From an uncultured Acidobacteriota bacterium (lineage in GTDB: Bacteria > Acidobacteriota > UBA6911 > RPQK01 > JAPXNP01), in the NCBI GenBank assembly GCA_963777605.1, contig CAVZRV010000029.1, positions 416,001 through 480,000 on the forward strand: a stretch of 64,000 bases of DNA, written 5' to 3'. The first letter of the stretch is position 1. Each line of letters starts with the position of its first letter. Below, in pieces: positions 39,976 through 50,468 of the stretch. A program made the translations under genes and the position numbers. The notes below the pieces were generated by a model that was given only the letters and a program-made list of their open reading frames with translations, did no database searches and was not told the origin of the DNA.

Positions 39976-41169
39976 ATGAAATCTGCCGTTGCCGGAAGGG
40001 CTTGCCTCTCGTGCCTGCTGATTGCAGTCTGTTTGCCGGTCCAGGCGGAGTCGGGTCGGTACGAGATCCGAACCCTGGACGATCAAGTCCCTGGTGGCTA
40101 CCAGGTCGCAGTCGCGGACGTCGATGGCGACGGGCAAAGCGATGTTCTGACTCTGGGGACCGTTCTCCAATGGCTCCACAGCCCGGACTGGGAGGTGTTC
40201 AGCATCGATGCCGACACCAAGGCCGGGAACATCGACCTGGCGCCCCAGGACGTTAATCGAGACGGGTCAACCGATCTGGCGGTGGCCTCGGAGTTCTCCA
40301 TGGAGAACAACGGGAGGGGCGGCCGCATCCAGTGGTTCGAAAGAACGCGCAAGTGGGTGCCTGGCTGGGTTCCTCACGTTATCGACCGGGAGCCGACCGC
40401 TCACCGGCTCCGGTGGGCCGACCTGGATGGTACCGGACGCAAAGTTCTCGTGGTCGCCCCGATCATGGGGCCCGGGACCTCTGGACCGACCTATTCCCAG
40501 TCCGGTGCGAGGCTCGTGTTCTACCGGGTCCCCGATAAGCCTGCAACCGAAGCCTGGCCGAAGCAGTTGATCGACGACAGCCTGCCGGTGCTGCACGGTC
40601 TTCTCGTTTACGACTGGGATTCGGACGGCCGTGACGAGTTGCTGACGGCAAGCCGGAAAGGTATCTATCTCTTTCGCTTCGAGGGGGCTGGTGATGGACT
40701 GAGCTGGTCGAAGACACAACTTTGTTCCGGCAACCAGGACGGTTCTCCGGCGCAGGGTTCGAGCGAGGTGACGGTCGGGTACACCGCTAACGGCAGTCGT
40801 TTCATCGCGACAATAGAACCCTGGCATGGCTCCCAGGTTGTTTTGTACACCGAGCCGACTTCGGGGGAATTGTGGGAACGGACAGTCCTCGACGACAGTC
40901 TGGTTGAAGGACATGCCATCCTGGCTGTGGACCTGGATGGAGACGGTTCGGATGAGATCTATGCCGGATTCAGGGGTGGGCGGGGCGGTATCGTCCGGTT
41001 CGCAGTCCGGGGGCCTGGTGCGATGAACTGGGATCGAATGATGGTCGACGATGGGGGAATCGCGTGCCAGGGCCTCAACGTGCTGCGGCTTCCCGATGGC
41101 CGGCCCGGCCTTCTCGGGATCGGGGGAGGAAGCCACAACCTTCGGCTCTACACCGTCTCCAGCGACTGA
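39976..41169 (+). CDS. Exported FG-GAP/VCBS beta-propeller protein (aldos-2-ulose dehydratase-like)
   Basis: Signal peptide; repeated DxDGDGxxD motifs; HRLRWAD, LHG, PWHG, GHA His motifs. Confidence 0.75.
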   Translation: MKSAVAGRACLSCLLIAVCLPVQAESGRYEIRTLDDQVPGGYQVAVADVDGDGQSDVLTLGTVLQWLHSPDWEVFSIDADTKAGNIDLAPQDVNRDGSTDLAVASEFSMENNGRGGRIQWFERTRKWVPGWVPHVIDREPTAHRLRWADLDGTGRKVLVVAPIMGPGTSGPTYSQSGARLVFYRVPDKPATEAWPKQLIDDSLPVLHGLLVYDWDSDGRDELLTASRKGIYLFRFEGAGDGLSWSKTQLCSGNQDGSPAQGSSEVTVGYTANGSRFIATIEPWHGSQVVLYTEPTSGELWERTVLDDSLVEGHAILAVDLDGDGSDEIYAGFRGGRGGIVRFAVRGPGAMNWDRMMVDDGGIACQGLNVLRLPDGRPGLLGIGGGSHNLRLYTVSSD

Positions 41170-41315
41170 GGGCCGCCTGCCAATGCTCAGGATGGTGGGC
41201 CGATCGAGTGGGTCACCCTTCCACCATTGACCCTGGAACACCTTTCCGTTCGGGCGCTTTTGTTCTGTGGGGAGGAAGGATTAGACTGAGGACCGGTCAT
41301 TAGAGGGAGGACTGG

Positions 41316-42170
41316 ATGATGAACTGGAACGTTGCGGCGATGACTCGAAGAGGGTTTCTGATCAACACCGCCGGCCTGGCGGTGGCTGCCGGAGCGGCAG
41401 TTCGATTGCGGGCCGCGGGCTCAAAGATCCCGGTCGGTGTGCAGTTGTACTGTGTCCGGCGCGAGCTTGCCGAGGATTTCGACGGGACGTTGAAAGCGGT
41501 CGCCGAACTCGGCTTCAAGGGTGTTGAGTTCGCGGACTACTTCGGGAGGACGGCGGCTCAACTGCGCAAGTCGCTCGACGCGAACGGCCTGAGATGCTGC
41601 GGTACGCACATTTACCTGGGGGACATGCTCGGGGAGAAACTCCCGGAAACCATCGAGTTCAACCAGACCCTCGGCAATCGCTACCTGATCATCCGCTGGC
41701 TGGATGAACAATGCCGCTCCAGCCCGCAGGCCTTCGAAGAGACGGTCAAACGGATCGGGGAGATCTCCGAGCGACTCAAACCGCACGGGATGAAGGTCGG
41801 ATACCACAACCACGACTACATTTTCGACAAGCACAACGGGAAGATGCTCTGGAATATCCTCGCCGATGGAACCCCGAAGGAGGTGACCCTGCAGTTGGAC
41901 ACCGGCAATGCCTCCATGCACGAGGGTGTTGACGTGGTCGAATTGCTTGAGCGGAATCCCGGGCGGACCGCGACGATCCACATTAAGCCCTTCTCGAGTT
42001 CGAATCCCGATGCCTACCTCGGCAGCGACGAGCTGAACTGGCCTCGAATCATCGAGTTGTGCGAAACGACGGCGGGGACCGAGTGGTACATCATCGAGTA
42101 CGAAGTCGAAGGTATCCCCCCGCTCAATGCCCTCGGTGACAATTACGATCGTTTCAAGAAGCTGACCTGA
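41316..42170 (+). CDS. Tat-exported sugar phosphate isomerase/epimerase (xylose isomerase-like TIM barrel)
   Basis: TRRGFL Tat motif; GVQLYCVR, GVEF, GYHNH, QLDTG, IHIK, IIEYE. Confidence 0.9.
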   Translation: MMNWNVAAMTRRGFLINTAGLAVAAGAAVRLRAAGSKIPVGVQLYCVRRELAEDFDGTLKAVAELGFKGVEFADYFGRTAAQLRKSLDANGLRCCGTHIYLGDMLGEKLPETIEFNQTLGNRYLIIRWLDEQCRSSPQAFEETVKRIGEISERLKPHGMKVGYHNHDYIFDKHNGKMLWNILADGTPKEVTLQLDTGNASMHEGVDVVELLERNPGRTATIHIKPFSSSNPDAYLGSDELNWPRIIELCETTAGTEWYIIEYEVEGIPPLNALGDNYDRFKKLT

Positions 42171-42266
42171 AATTGGGAAGAAGATTCCATGACAGTTGGG
42201 GACACTTCCTCTACCCTGTGTGACAGGGGTTCCGCGGCAATAATGCCGGAGCCGATTGGAGGAATT

Positions 42267-44540
42267 ATGCGCTCTGCCGTCAAGGGAACGGTTGTCCAGA
42301 TCCTGTTGCTCTCCGCGTTCGGCCTGGCTTCGGGTGAGAACGACTGCTACTTCAACAAGGCGGCGCAGGAGGTTAGCCTGGGGAATTCCCGGATTGAGAT
42401 CCGGCTCGATCCGGCGAACGGGGTCGTGACCGGCCTTCTGAACAAGCGATCCGGCACCGAGTACCTGGGGCAGGGAAAGCCCGAGGTGTTCAGGTTGGTC
42501 TTTTCGACCGTCCGGTTTCATGGCGCCCAGGCGGATGACCTCTGGAGCGCGGTCTCCGGTACAGACGTGAAAAGCAGCCTTCAGCGTGTGGCCTCCATGA
42601 ATTTCGAGAGAACGCCTGAAGGTGCCCGACTGACGGTGGATTACGACCGGTTGCGACTGGAGAAGCGGACCATCGACGTCGGCGTCCGGTACACCATCGA
42701 ACTGCGGGACGGGGACGAAGAGACGCTCTGGCAACTCTCGCTCGATAACCGGGATCAGGGCATCGTCAGGGAGGTCCACTTTCCCCTCCTGAACGGGCTG
42801 ACTCGGCTTGACTCCCTGATCATGCCGAACGAATCGGGCCAGAAGCTGACCGATCCGATCGATCGCACTCTCGGACGACATCCCGGTGGTGAGCCTGGAG
42901 TATCCCGGACGTGGATCGATGCAGTGGTTCGAGTACTTCTCCGCGAAGGCGGGACTCTACCTGGCGTCCTACGACCAGGCCCTGAACTACACTCGGCTCT
43001 GCTTTGGAAGGACCGTCGAGACGGACCGGGATAGGCCGGGATGTGGATCGTTAAGTATCCCTTTGCGGCTTCGGGCGCATTCCTGGGAATCTCCGCCGCT
43101 GGCCTTGGGAATTCATGCCGGAGACTGGCACTGGGGCGCGGATCGCTACCGGACTTGGCTGGAGAGCTGGGCACAGGAAGTCCCGAAGTGCCCCAAAAGG
43201 TCGTGGAAATGATCGGCGGACTCCGAGAGATCGGGATCATGACCCCGGCAGGCAAGGTCTCCAATCGGTACGAGGACATGGTTGCCCTGGCCAGGCAGGT
43301 CGAGGAAGCGCCGAACGGTGTCGCGTTCATGGCCTCCGGATGGCTGTTCGAGGGGCACGACACCTACTTCCCCGAGTATCTTCCCGATTCCCGATCTCGG
43401 CGGGGAGCAGGCCTCTGGTGGATGCCGTCGACAAGGTCCACGACCTCGGTGTCGGCGTGACGGCTTACGTGAACGGCCGGCTCTGCAACATCGAAACCGA
43501 CACCTACAAGAAGCACGGCAAACGCTGGGCCGTGCTGGGAAAGGCGCCCGATCTGGGAGTCAACAACACCGATTTCTTTGAGCTTCACGAGAACTGGAAC
43601 AAGTCCTGGGACAGGGCCGGGCGCGGAGAAGGGTGGTTTGCCGTGATGTGCCCTTCGGCCAAGGGGTGGCAGGACCACCTCGTCGGAGAGATCTCCCGGG
43701 TGATCGGCCAGTATCACTTCGACGGCGTTTTCCTCGATCAGCCGGGATCCTACTACGCCGAGCTCTGCTACAACGCCACGCACGGCCACAGGCACTCCCG
43801 CTTCGGCGTGGGGGCCGGGCTACCTCGAACTCTTCCGGCGCTTGCGGGAGGAGATGCGCCGGCTTGACCCGGACTCGATCCTCTGGACCGAAGGGATGAA
43901 CGACGCCTTTGGCCAGTACATGGACTATTACATGGACAAGAATCCGCTCTGGCTGCCGATGCGGATTCATCCGGACTGCGAGACGTTCGTGGAGATGTGG
44001 CGTTACACGCTGCCGAGCTACGTCATTGTGAACGATCCGGGTGCATACTCCTACCCGCCGTCGCAGGATCCCGTCTACGGGGAAAACTACAAGTTTGTTC
44101 TGGGCATCCGCGGTCTCAGCCGAAGCCCGAGTCGCGGAATCGAACCGGAAAGCACTCCTGAGCCGGCCGGACAGGAACGGCGCAGGGCCGTGATCGAAAG
44201 GATCGAGCAGCTCTGGATCAAGGGGGGACAGTATCTCTTCCACGGACGGTTCCTGGACGACGTGGGCCTCTCGGTCTCGGACCCGGCAGTCCTGGCCAAG
44301 GTCTATCGCGGTGCCGAAGGAATCGCCGTCCCCGTCTGGAACACCAGCTCCCTTCCCGTGACGTTCGAGATTCAGATTGACCTGGATGCTGCCGGTGCAC
44401 GATGGGACGGACCGGTCCGGGCCGTTTCGCTGGACGGAGACAGGGCATTGAAAAGCAATCGCGTGGGCCGGACCATAAAGGTTTCGCTCAGTCTGCCCCC
44501 TCATGGGATTGATCTCGTCGTCTTGAGGACCGGGCACTGA
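42267..44540 (+). pseudogene. Exported glycoside hydrolase-like TIM-barrel protein (DUF6259-like), multiply frameshifted
   Basis: Fragments in alternating frames join into EYPGRGSMQWF, GIHAGDWHWGADRYR, GHDTYFPEY, AYVNGRL, MCPSAKGWQ, DGVFLDQ, CY..HGH; at least five indels between 42860 and 43800. Confidence 0.7.
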
Positions 44541-44704
44541 ATCGCAGGCAAGATAGATCAGCCTGCAATTCCGGGACGATTGCGGTGCGGCCGTTCAATC
44601 GGCTGCCTGCGAGACTCTGGCTCTACCGGGAGCTTTCCAGCCGAGCAGGTTGATCCGGTCGTGGCGAGAGTGGGCGGAGCGTTCGATCTTCTCCTTTACT
44701 GCGT

Positions 44705-45788
44705 ATGATTCGATGGAACGAAGGCAGGGACCGATTTCCCACCTTCGAGATGATGATCGAAATCCCGGCGGTTTCGACTTGGCTGGTATATGTTTTGGGA
44801 ACCTTGGGTCTTGCCGAAATCGGCAACCCCGGCAGGGAGTGCGACTGGATATGCGAGTTCTTGAGTTCGCTTCTGATCCTCGACTCGGAAGGGAAGGAGA
44901 TTGACCGACTGACGGGCGGACATGACACCGATCAGCTGATCGAGAGCCTGGGACGAGTCTTCGAGAGTCCCATCCCGCGCAAAGAACTGAACAAATTGGC
45001 CGAACAGCGGCTCGACGACTTCGAGATCCAGCGGTTGGCGGGAATTCGCGCGATGGATCGTGACGAGTTCGAACCTGCCGTTCGATTTCTGGAGAGAGCC
45101 GTCCTCCTCTCCGATGCCGGAGCGGTGGAGACTCAAGTGGAACGAGCTGAGGTCGGAGGACCCGGACCTGGAAGACGCGAGTCTCGGCTATCTTCGCCAG
45201 GTTCATCTCGATGGACAGCTCGATGCTTTCGTCTGCCTGGAACTCTATACCGAGGAGTATCGCAACAGTTTTGAACGCTGGAAGAAAGACAATCGCGAAA
45301 AGGCGATTCGCTACCTGGAAGACCAGGTTCTGGGTCAAAACCAGGTTTCGATGCCCGGCGGATACAACGCGTCAGCTGTCCAAGCCTACCGTGACGGAGC
45401 CGCCATCCATGACAGCAACCCGGCCCAGGCCGCGCTTCTCTACGAGAAAGCGTTGAAGCAGGAACCCTACATGCTGCCGGCGCTGGAGGCCGCAAGCTAT
45501 CTCTACATGAACCTGGAACGGTATGCGGACGCTCGGGAAACGGCCGGGCGCTGGCTCGAGTTGGCGCCTGACTCGCCGCGTCCTCTCGACGTCCTCGCGA
45601 TTGCTTTTATCAAAGAAGGCGAATTTCGGAAAGCTCTCCCGGTCCTGGAGCGTGCCATCGAGCTCGAACAGGATCCGGCGCAGCGGGAGCGGCTGGAAAC
45701 AATCTCGAGTACTGCCGCTATCAAATCGATCGAGAGTAGTCGATGCCTCAGGGGTTGCATTTCCCAGCGGACCAGCCGAGTCCGCTAA
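44705..45788 (+). pseudogene. Fragmented thioredoxin-like/TPR protein gene(s)
   Basis: LLILDSEGKEIDRLTG (thioredoxin-fold C-terminal part, no CxxC) then TPR helices; frame change near 45125 into a second TPR-rich frame. Confidence 0.5.
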
Positions 45789-46017
45789 ACGTCGGGCGGG
45801 TCGATGGACGCCCGGCAACCCGGATCAGTGTCTGCCCGCTTCCCCAGGTCTGGCTCCAATTCATATTCGGGGCGAAGGCCAGAAAATACGGAATTGGAAC
45901 CGAACTGCGGTTTTGATCTCCCGGAGTTCCGGATGGCGTCGAACAAATCGCCCGAGCGGATCATTGAATCTCCGGCCGCTGGCCGCCACGACGATCTGTT
46001 GGCAGCCAAGCTCGAGG

Positions 46018-46215
46018 TCACCGCAGCACGAATTCCGAGGGAGCCAGCGTCCGTCCGGTGAAGCTGAAGGCCCGAACCGAGCCTTTGAACCAGAAGCCGC
46101 GGTTGATCCGGCAGCCCACGGAAGTCCGGCCGCCCGTCATGGGGCGAAATTCCACCTTGCCTTCCATCTCCAGGACGCCGTTGACGTAGTGGCGCATCCA
46201 GCCACCGTCGTAGGT
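46018..46215 (-). pseudogene. C-terminal fragment of a LamG/concanavalin-like domain gene (not in the ORF track)
   Basis: Manual translation TYDGGWMRHYVNGVLEMEG..RTSVGCRINRGFWFKGSVR..TLAPSEFVLR*; upstream frame closed by TAG at 46246-46248 inside a repeat. Confidence 0.7.
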
Positions 46216-46826
46216 CTGAAAGGTCCAGTGCCGCCGGGGGCCGGACTAACCTGAAACTTCATTTTGGATGAGTTGGAAATCCTGGATGATTTGGACGCGT
46301 CTGGACGGAGATTCGGGCGATCGGTCGAGAGCCAGGGGCGCGATTATCGGCTGGAACCTGGTTCCTGGTCCGGTGCCAGACGTGGATGAGTGATGATCAC
46401 GGGATCGGCGCCGGGCTGGCCCCTGAAGGGGGCCTGTTTCCAGCCCAGGCATTTGCCTGGGTTTACGGTTCCCCCAGCAAGAATCCAGCCCTGAAAGGGC
46501 TGAACAGCTCTCCGGACGTGAAGAATCGGCGCGACCTTACAGGCCGCGATCGCCTTGCCGGGACCACAGACCCAGGGTAAATCCTGGGCTGAAACCAAGG
46601 CGTCTTCAGCGCCCGGTCCAGTTTCACTCTCTGAATGATCCGCGGAGGGCGCGGGGGCGGGGCTGACCTGAAACTTCACCTGAAGCTTGGACCCTGGGTC
46701 CATTTGAAACGTGGAATGGCACGGACACAGAGCCGGGGGTAAGGCGAAGCCGCGCCCCCGGGTTCGCGGACCCAGTTTCACCTCTTTGAATGGTCCGGCG
46801 GCGCCGGGGGCCCGGCTAACCTGAAT
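46215..46826. repeat. Three degenerate ~50-60-nt direct repeats
   Basis: Copies at ~46215-46261, ~46618-46678 and ~46772-46826 share TGAA.g.TCC...GGGGGc..g.CT(A/G)ACCTGAA; copies 2 and 3 also share CCAGTTTCAC. Confidence 0.7.
46418..46613. repeat. REP-like multi-palindromic element
   Basis: GGCCCCTGAAGGGGGCC, CCCAGGCatttGCCTGGG, CAGCCCTGAAAGGGCTG, then the mirror CCCAGGgtaaatCCTGGGCTG. Confidence 0.7.
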
Positions 46827-46938
46827 CATGGTCCCGGGGGGGGTAGGGAGAGTTCGCCGCTTGTCTTCGTTGACCGTCAAAGCCTGTCCTTCGCTTGCAT
46901 CATGGTCGTTCCTAACTTATAGATTCCGATTGACCTGA

Positions 46939-47847
46939 ATGTTTCCCGAAATATCGCTGGATCAAGCGAGAACCAGACTGAGCGATCACCATTTCTTCGA
47001 TATCCAAAGCAGGGAACTGAATCCTACCGGGTTCGGAGTCTCGATCCAGGAAGCGCGGACCATCGTCTCTTTCATTTCCTTGAGCGGGGCAGTGTATAGT
47101 TGCACCAATGCCTCCCCGGACCTGCCAAAGGAGCGTCTCAGGCTGATCCAAATGACCATGCCATCGTCGCCGATTGTTCCGATTGATCTGTTCAGCAGAG
47201 GAAGTGACTGCTGGCGGACCTTTGAAAAGAAGGCACCCGATGGCTACGATATCAATCACTATCCCAGCATCCTCGACCTAAAGGTCAATGCGAATTCTGG
47301 AATTTACGATGTGGTGGCGATGACCAACTGGTCCCGCGAGAGAGCAGTCCGCAGACTCTCTTTTTCCGAGAAGCTTGGCTTGGACGACGATCAGCGCTTC
47401 GTTGTTTTTGACTTCTGGAAGCAAAGACTCGTCGGCACATTTGACCGGGAGATGATCGTCGAGATCGAACCCCACGACACTCGGGTCTTCTTCATCCGGC
47501 GGCTTCTGGATCGGCCGCAACTGATAGGAACCTCTCGCCACATCACGGGTGCAGTTTCGATTCGAAACCTCTCTTGGGACAACAGCGCCTCGACTTTGAG
47601 AGGGGTATCCCGGACGGTGCCAGATTCTGAGTACAGCTTTTGGATCCATGTTCCCGATGGCATCAGTCTCAAGGGATTGAGTGCGCGTGATGATAGGGTC
47701 CACCTGGAAAGCAAGATCAAGGGTGAGTCTTTGGAGGTTCGATTTTCCGGGCAAGAAGAACCAGTTCAGTGGAGCGCCGAATTCTCACCGAAGACGTTGG
47801 GTAGTCAGATCAATCGGGACGCCGAATCGCTGGATCTTCAACATTGA
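46939..47847 (+). pseudogene. C-terminal part of an alpha-galactosidase-like (GH27/GH36-type) gene
   Basis: EARTIVSFISLSG..DLPKERL..PIDLF..VVAMTNW..VFDFW..RPQLIGTSRHITG match the barrel end plus C-terminal domains; catalytic N-terminal part absent. Confidence 0.6.
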
Positions 47848-47928
47848 CAGAGTTGTCAAGAAACCGGTTCGTTGCGGTTGGAAATTTGTCCGCAGCAAGC
47901 TGACTTTCGAGCCAACCTGGAAGCTTCC

Positions 47929-48960
47929 TCAAATCACACCGTGGAGTTCACGGCCGATTCGGCCGTCGAACGCCCTGGTGGTCTTGAACGGCTCGTACTC
48001 GCCCGTCAGTGCCGCGTCGTGAGCCTGCGACAGAATCATCTCTTTCTCTTCCTGGGAGAGCCGTTCGAACTCCACCGCCGTCTGAATGTTGGCATGAAGG
48101 TAATCGGGAGTGTCCATTCCCGAGATCAATGTTGTGACCGGCAGGTTGTACACGTAGCGGTGCGCTTGTCGAGGTGAGACGACGTTCGCTCTCTGGAGGT
48201 GACCACTACAGAGCCCCTTCATTGCCAGGACGGCGATGCCCCGTTCAACACAGATCGGAAGGATCTCCTTTTCGAAACTCCGCTCATATTGGGCATCAAG
48301 CACGTTCAACGGCATCTGCACCGCGTCCCACTCGTAACCCTGATCGAGCATCTTCTTGTGAATCCTGGGATCCTTGTGACCCGTGAATCCAATGTAGCGA
48401 ACCTTTCCTTCCTTCTTCGCCTGTGCCGCGGCCTCGATCCCACCGCCTGGCGCGAAGATCATCTCGGGGTCCCTGTCGTAGATGACCTCGTGGAACTGCC
48501 AAAGATCGATAACATCGGTTCGCAGCCGCTTCAGGCTATCTTCAAGATGGCGCATGGCGGTCTGTTTGTCGCGTCCGTGATGCTTCGTCATGAGAAACGC
48601 CCTCGCGCGATAACCATCTTGAAGAGCTTTTCCCATGACCTCTTCCGCCCGTCCCTGGTGATACTCCCAGGCATTATCGAGAAATGTGACGCCGGCATCG
48701 ATCGCCTCTCGCACGAGTCTGATCCCGTCCTGCTCGTCGGAAGGAACGGCAATATGGTATCCCCCCAAACCCAACATCGAGACTTCTTCACCCGATCTCC
48801 CGAACGGACGCATGGGGACTGGCGAATCGAGTCGGGACGTCCCTGGACCGCTAGTCGAAGCGGCCGGCTGCGTGGAGCAGGAACCGAAGGCAGTTCCCAG
48901 AGTTCCGAGTGCGGAAAGCCGAACAAAGTCCCGGCGGTTGGTCTTCAGTTTCTCAATCAT
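47929..48960 (-). CDS. Aldo/keto reductase with Tat signal
   Basis: NRRDFV Tat motif; LGLGGYH, FLDNAWEYH, DLWQFH, RYIGFTGH; ATG at 48960. Confidence 0.9.
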   Translation of the reverse strand: MIEKLKTNRRDFVRLSALGTLGTAFGSCSTQPAASTSGPGTSRLDSPVPMRPFGRSGEEVSMLGLGGYHIAVPSDEQDGIRLVREAIDAGVTFLDNAWEYHQGRAEEVMGKALQDGYRARAFLMTKHHGRDKQTAMRHLEDSLKRLRTDVIDLWQFHEVIYDRDPEMIFAPGGGIEAAAQAKKEGKVRYIGFTGHKDPRIHKKMLDQGYEWDAVQMPLNVLDAQYERSFEKEILPICVERGIAVLAMKGLCSGHLQRANVVSPRQAHRYVYNLPVTTLISGMDTPDYLHANIQTAVEFERLSQEEKEMILSQAHDAALTGEYEPFKTTRAFDGRIGRELHGVI

Positions 48961-49009
48961 CACACGCTCCTGGTTAGAGGCGGGTTGGTCTGATAAGGAA
49001 ATTACCTTG

Positions 49010-49038
49010 ATACTAGAGCCCGCTGTGAATTCGGTCAA
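49010..49038 (-). promoter_or_regulatory. Sigma70-type promoter for the aldo/keto reductase
   Basis: Minus strand TTGACC-17 nt-TAGTAT. Confidence 0.5.
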
Positions 49039-49184
49039 GCGACGCGGGGTAGACTGACTCTCCAGAGGGGGAGATGACACGCTTCGGATCCAATCGTGCC
49101 CGGTTGAGGAGGTGACCGATGTATTGCCGACGTTTCGCTTTGCGGTTGGCCGTTTAATCCGGACTGGTTTCGCCGCAGCGCAAT

Positions 49185-50459
49185 TCAATGGGGCGGTTCC
49201 GGGGCCTCCTCGGATACGCAGCCATCGACGCACGGGTGGATCGTCCAGCGATTGGGGGCAGCAGCCTGGGATTTCTTTACCTCCGGAGAGAACCGCTCAT
49301 GAACTGCGTCGCACCAGAGGCGCCTCAAAAATTCGCAGCGTTTGCGAAACTTCTCGCTCGCCAGGCCTTTGCGAATGTCTTCCGGTTCCAGCCCTTTGAG
49401 TCCCGGGGGAAGACCGGGCGGGTTATTGTCTCCCGGAGGTGTCCCCTCGAATTTCGGGTCCCACTCAAGATACCCATCGGCCTCGTCGCCGAGCTTCATG
49501 ACTGCCATCAGGGGGTGGATCTCATGCCAGCCCTCGTGAAATCCGTCGTACACATGTTCTCCGAAGGCAACGACCCGATCACCTTTGCGAATCGGGCCGA
49601 GGTCGTGGTCACCGACGTTGGCGTCTTCGACGTCGCCCGGGTCGGCGTCATAGATTCCGAGAAGGATCAGGTAGAGTGCTCCCGCGCCGAGCGCGGCTAC
49701 TGCGCCGCCCGCCAGGAGCGCACCGATGATCGCGCCGATGATGGCACCGATCAGGCATCCGATCGGCCCGAAAATCCCACCGATCGCACAACCCAGCGCT
49801 GCCCCCGCGGCCCCGCCGGCAATAGCGGCGGCCGTTGCCGCAGCTGCCAGCAATCCCACCAGGATCGCCAGGAGGGCGGCATAATCTTTCATTCGAACCC
49901 AGAAATCGCCCTCGGCTTCGCAATGGATCGTCCAGTGGCTGGTGTCGTAAGGGAGGTCGAGTGTCGGGTGGAGTAGTTCCTGCCCCTGATAATCGTCCAG
50001 GTAGACGTCGTTGGCGGGGTTGGCCTCAGTCAGGTGATCCGGATCGATCGTCTGACCCGGTTGGGGAGGGTTCTGGTTGTAGCCGATGTTGGGTCCGTCG
50101 TACTTGTCGAACTCACGGTGGGGCATGAGGCGGAGGTCAAAGAACTCGTCGTTGTCAAAGGCCCCCAGGCCGCTGTCGTGGGGATTCTCCCGAACGACGC
50201 CGACGGCACATCGAATCCCCGACACGCAGACCAGTCGATGGTACAACCACTCGTTGGCAACTGCGATGATCGTATTGAGGAACGCGATTGCGGCACCGAT
50301 GGCCACTCCGACAAGTGGCGCAGAAAACAGGGCGGCGATAATGCCGGCAATGATCCCGGGAACGCTCGAGCCTATTCCAAAGGCGAGTAGATCTTTGATA
50401 TTGAAGGGCTTGTCCCCTGGAGTGTGTTGGTAGCACTGGGTGTATTTCCTGAATGCCAT
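49185..50459 (-). CDS. Uncharacterised membrane protein with long Gly/Ala zipper and D..H.GW.EIHP motif
   Basis: 424 aa, RBS GGAGG; two hydrophobic blocks (~40 and ~75 aa); DNDE, HCEAE, GEHVYDGFHEGWHEIHP; several Cys. Confidence 0.8.
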   Translation of the reverse strand: MAFRKYTQCYQHTPGDKPFNIKDLLAFGIGSSVPGIIAGIIAALFSAPLVGVAIGAAIAFLNTIIAVANEWLYHRLVCVSGIRCAVGVVRENPHDSGLGAFDNDEFFDLRLMPHREFDKYDGPNIGYNQNPPQPGQTIDPDHLTEANPANDVYLDDYQGQELLHPTLDLPYDTSHWTIHCEAEGDFWVRMKDYAALLAILVGLLAAAATAAAIAGGAAGAALGCAIGGIFGPIGCLIGAIIGAIIGALLAGGAVAALGAGALYLILLGIYDADPGDVEDANVGDHDLGPIRKGDRVVAFGEHVYDGFHEGWHEIHPLMAVMKLGDEADGYLEWDPKFEGTPPGDNNPPGLPPGLKGLEPEDIRKGLASEKFRKRCEFLRRLWCDAVHERFSPEVKKSQAAAPNRWTIHPCVDGCVSEEAPEPPH

Positions 50460-50468
50460 CGTCCCCTC

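Noticed and set aside
39775-40179. 135-aa N-terminal extension of the ABC ATPase
   Set aside because: Overlaps the divergent propeller gene; ATG at 39774 gives a normal-length ATPase
46215-46826. Direct repeats as a CRISPR array
   Set aside because: Only three degenerate copies, intervals of ~95 and ~355 nt, no cas genes
47844-47859. TTGACA-GAGT-TGTCAA inverted repeat as an IS end or operator
   Set aside because: Only 6-bp arms between convergent genes and no transposase; chance or weak terminator
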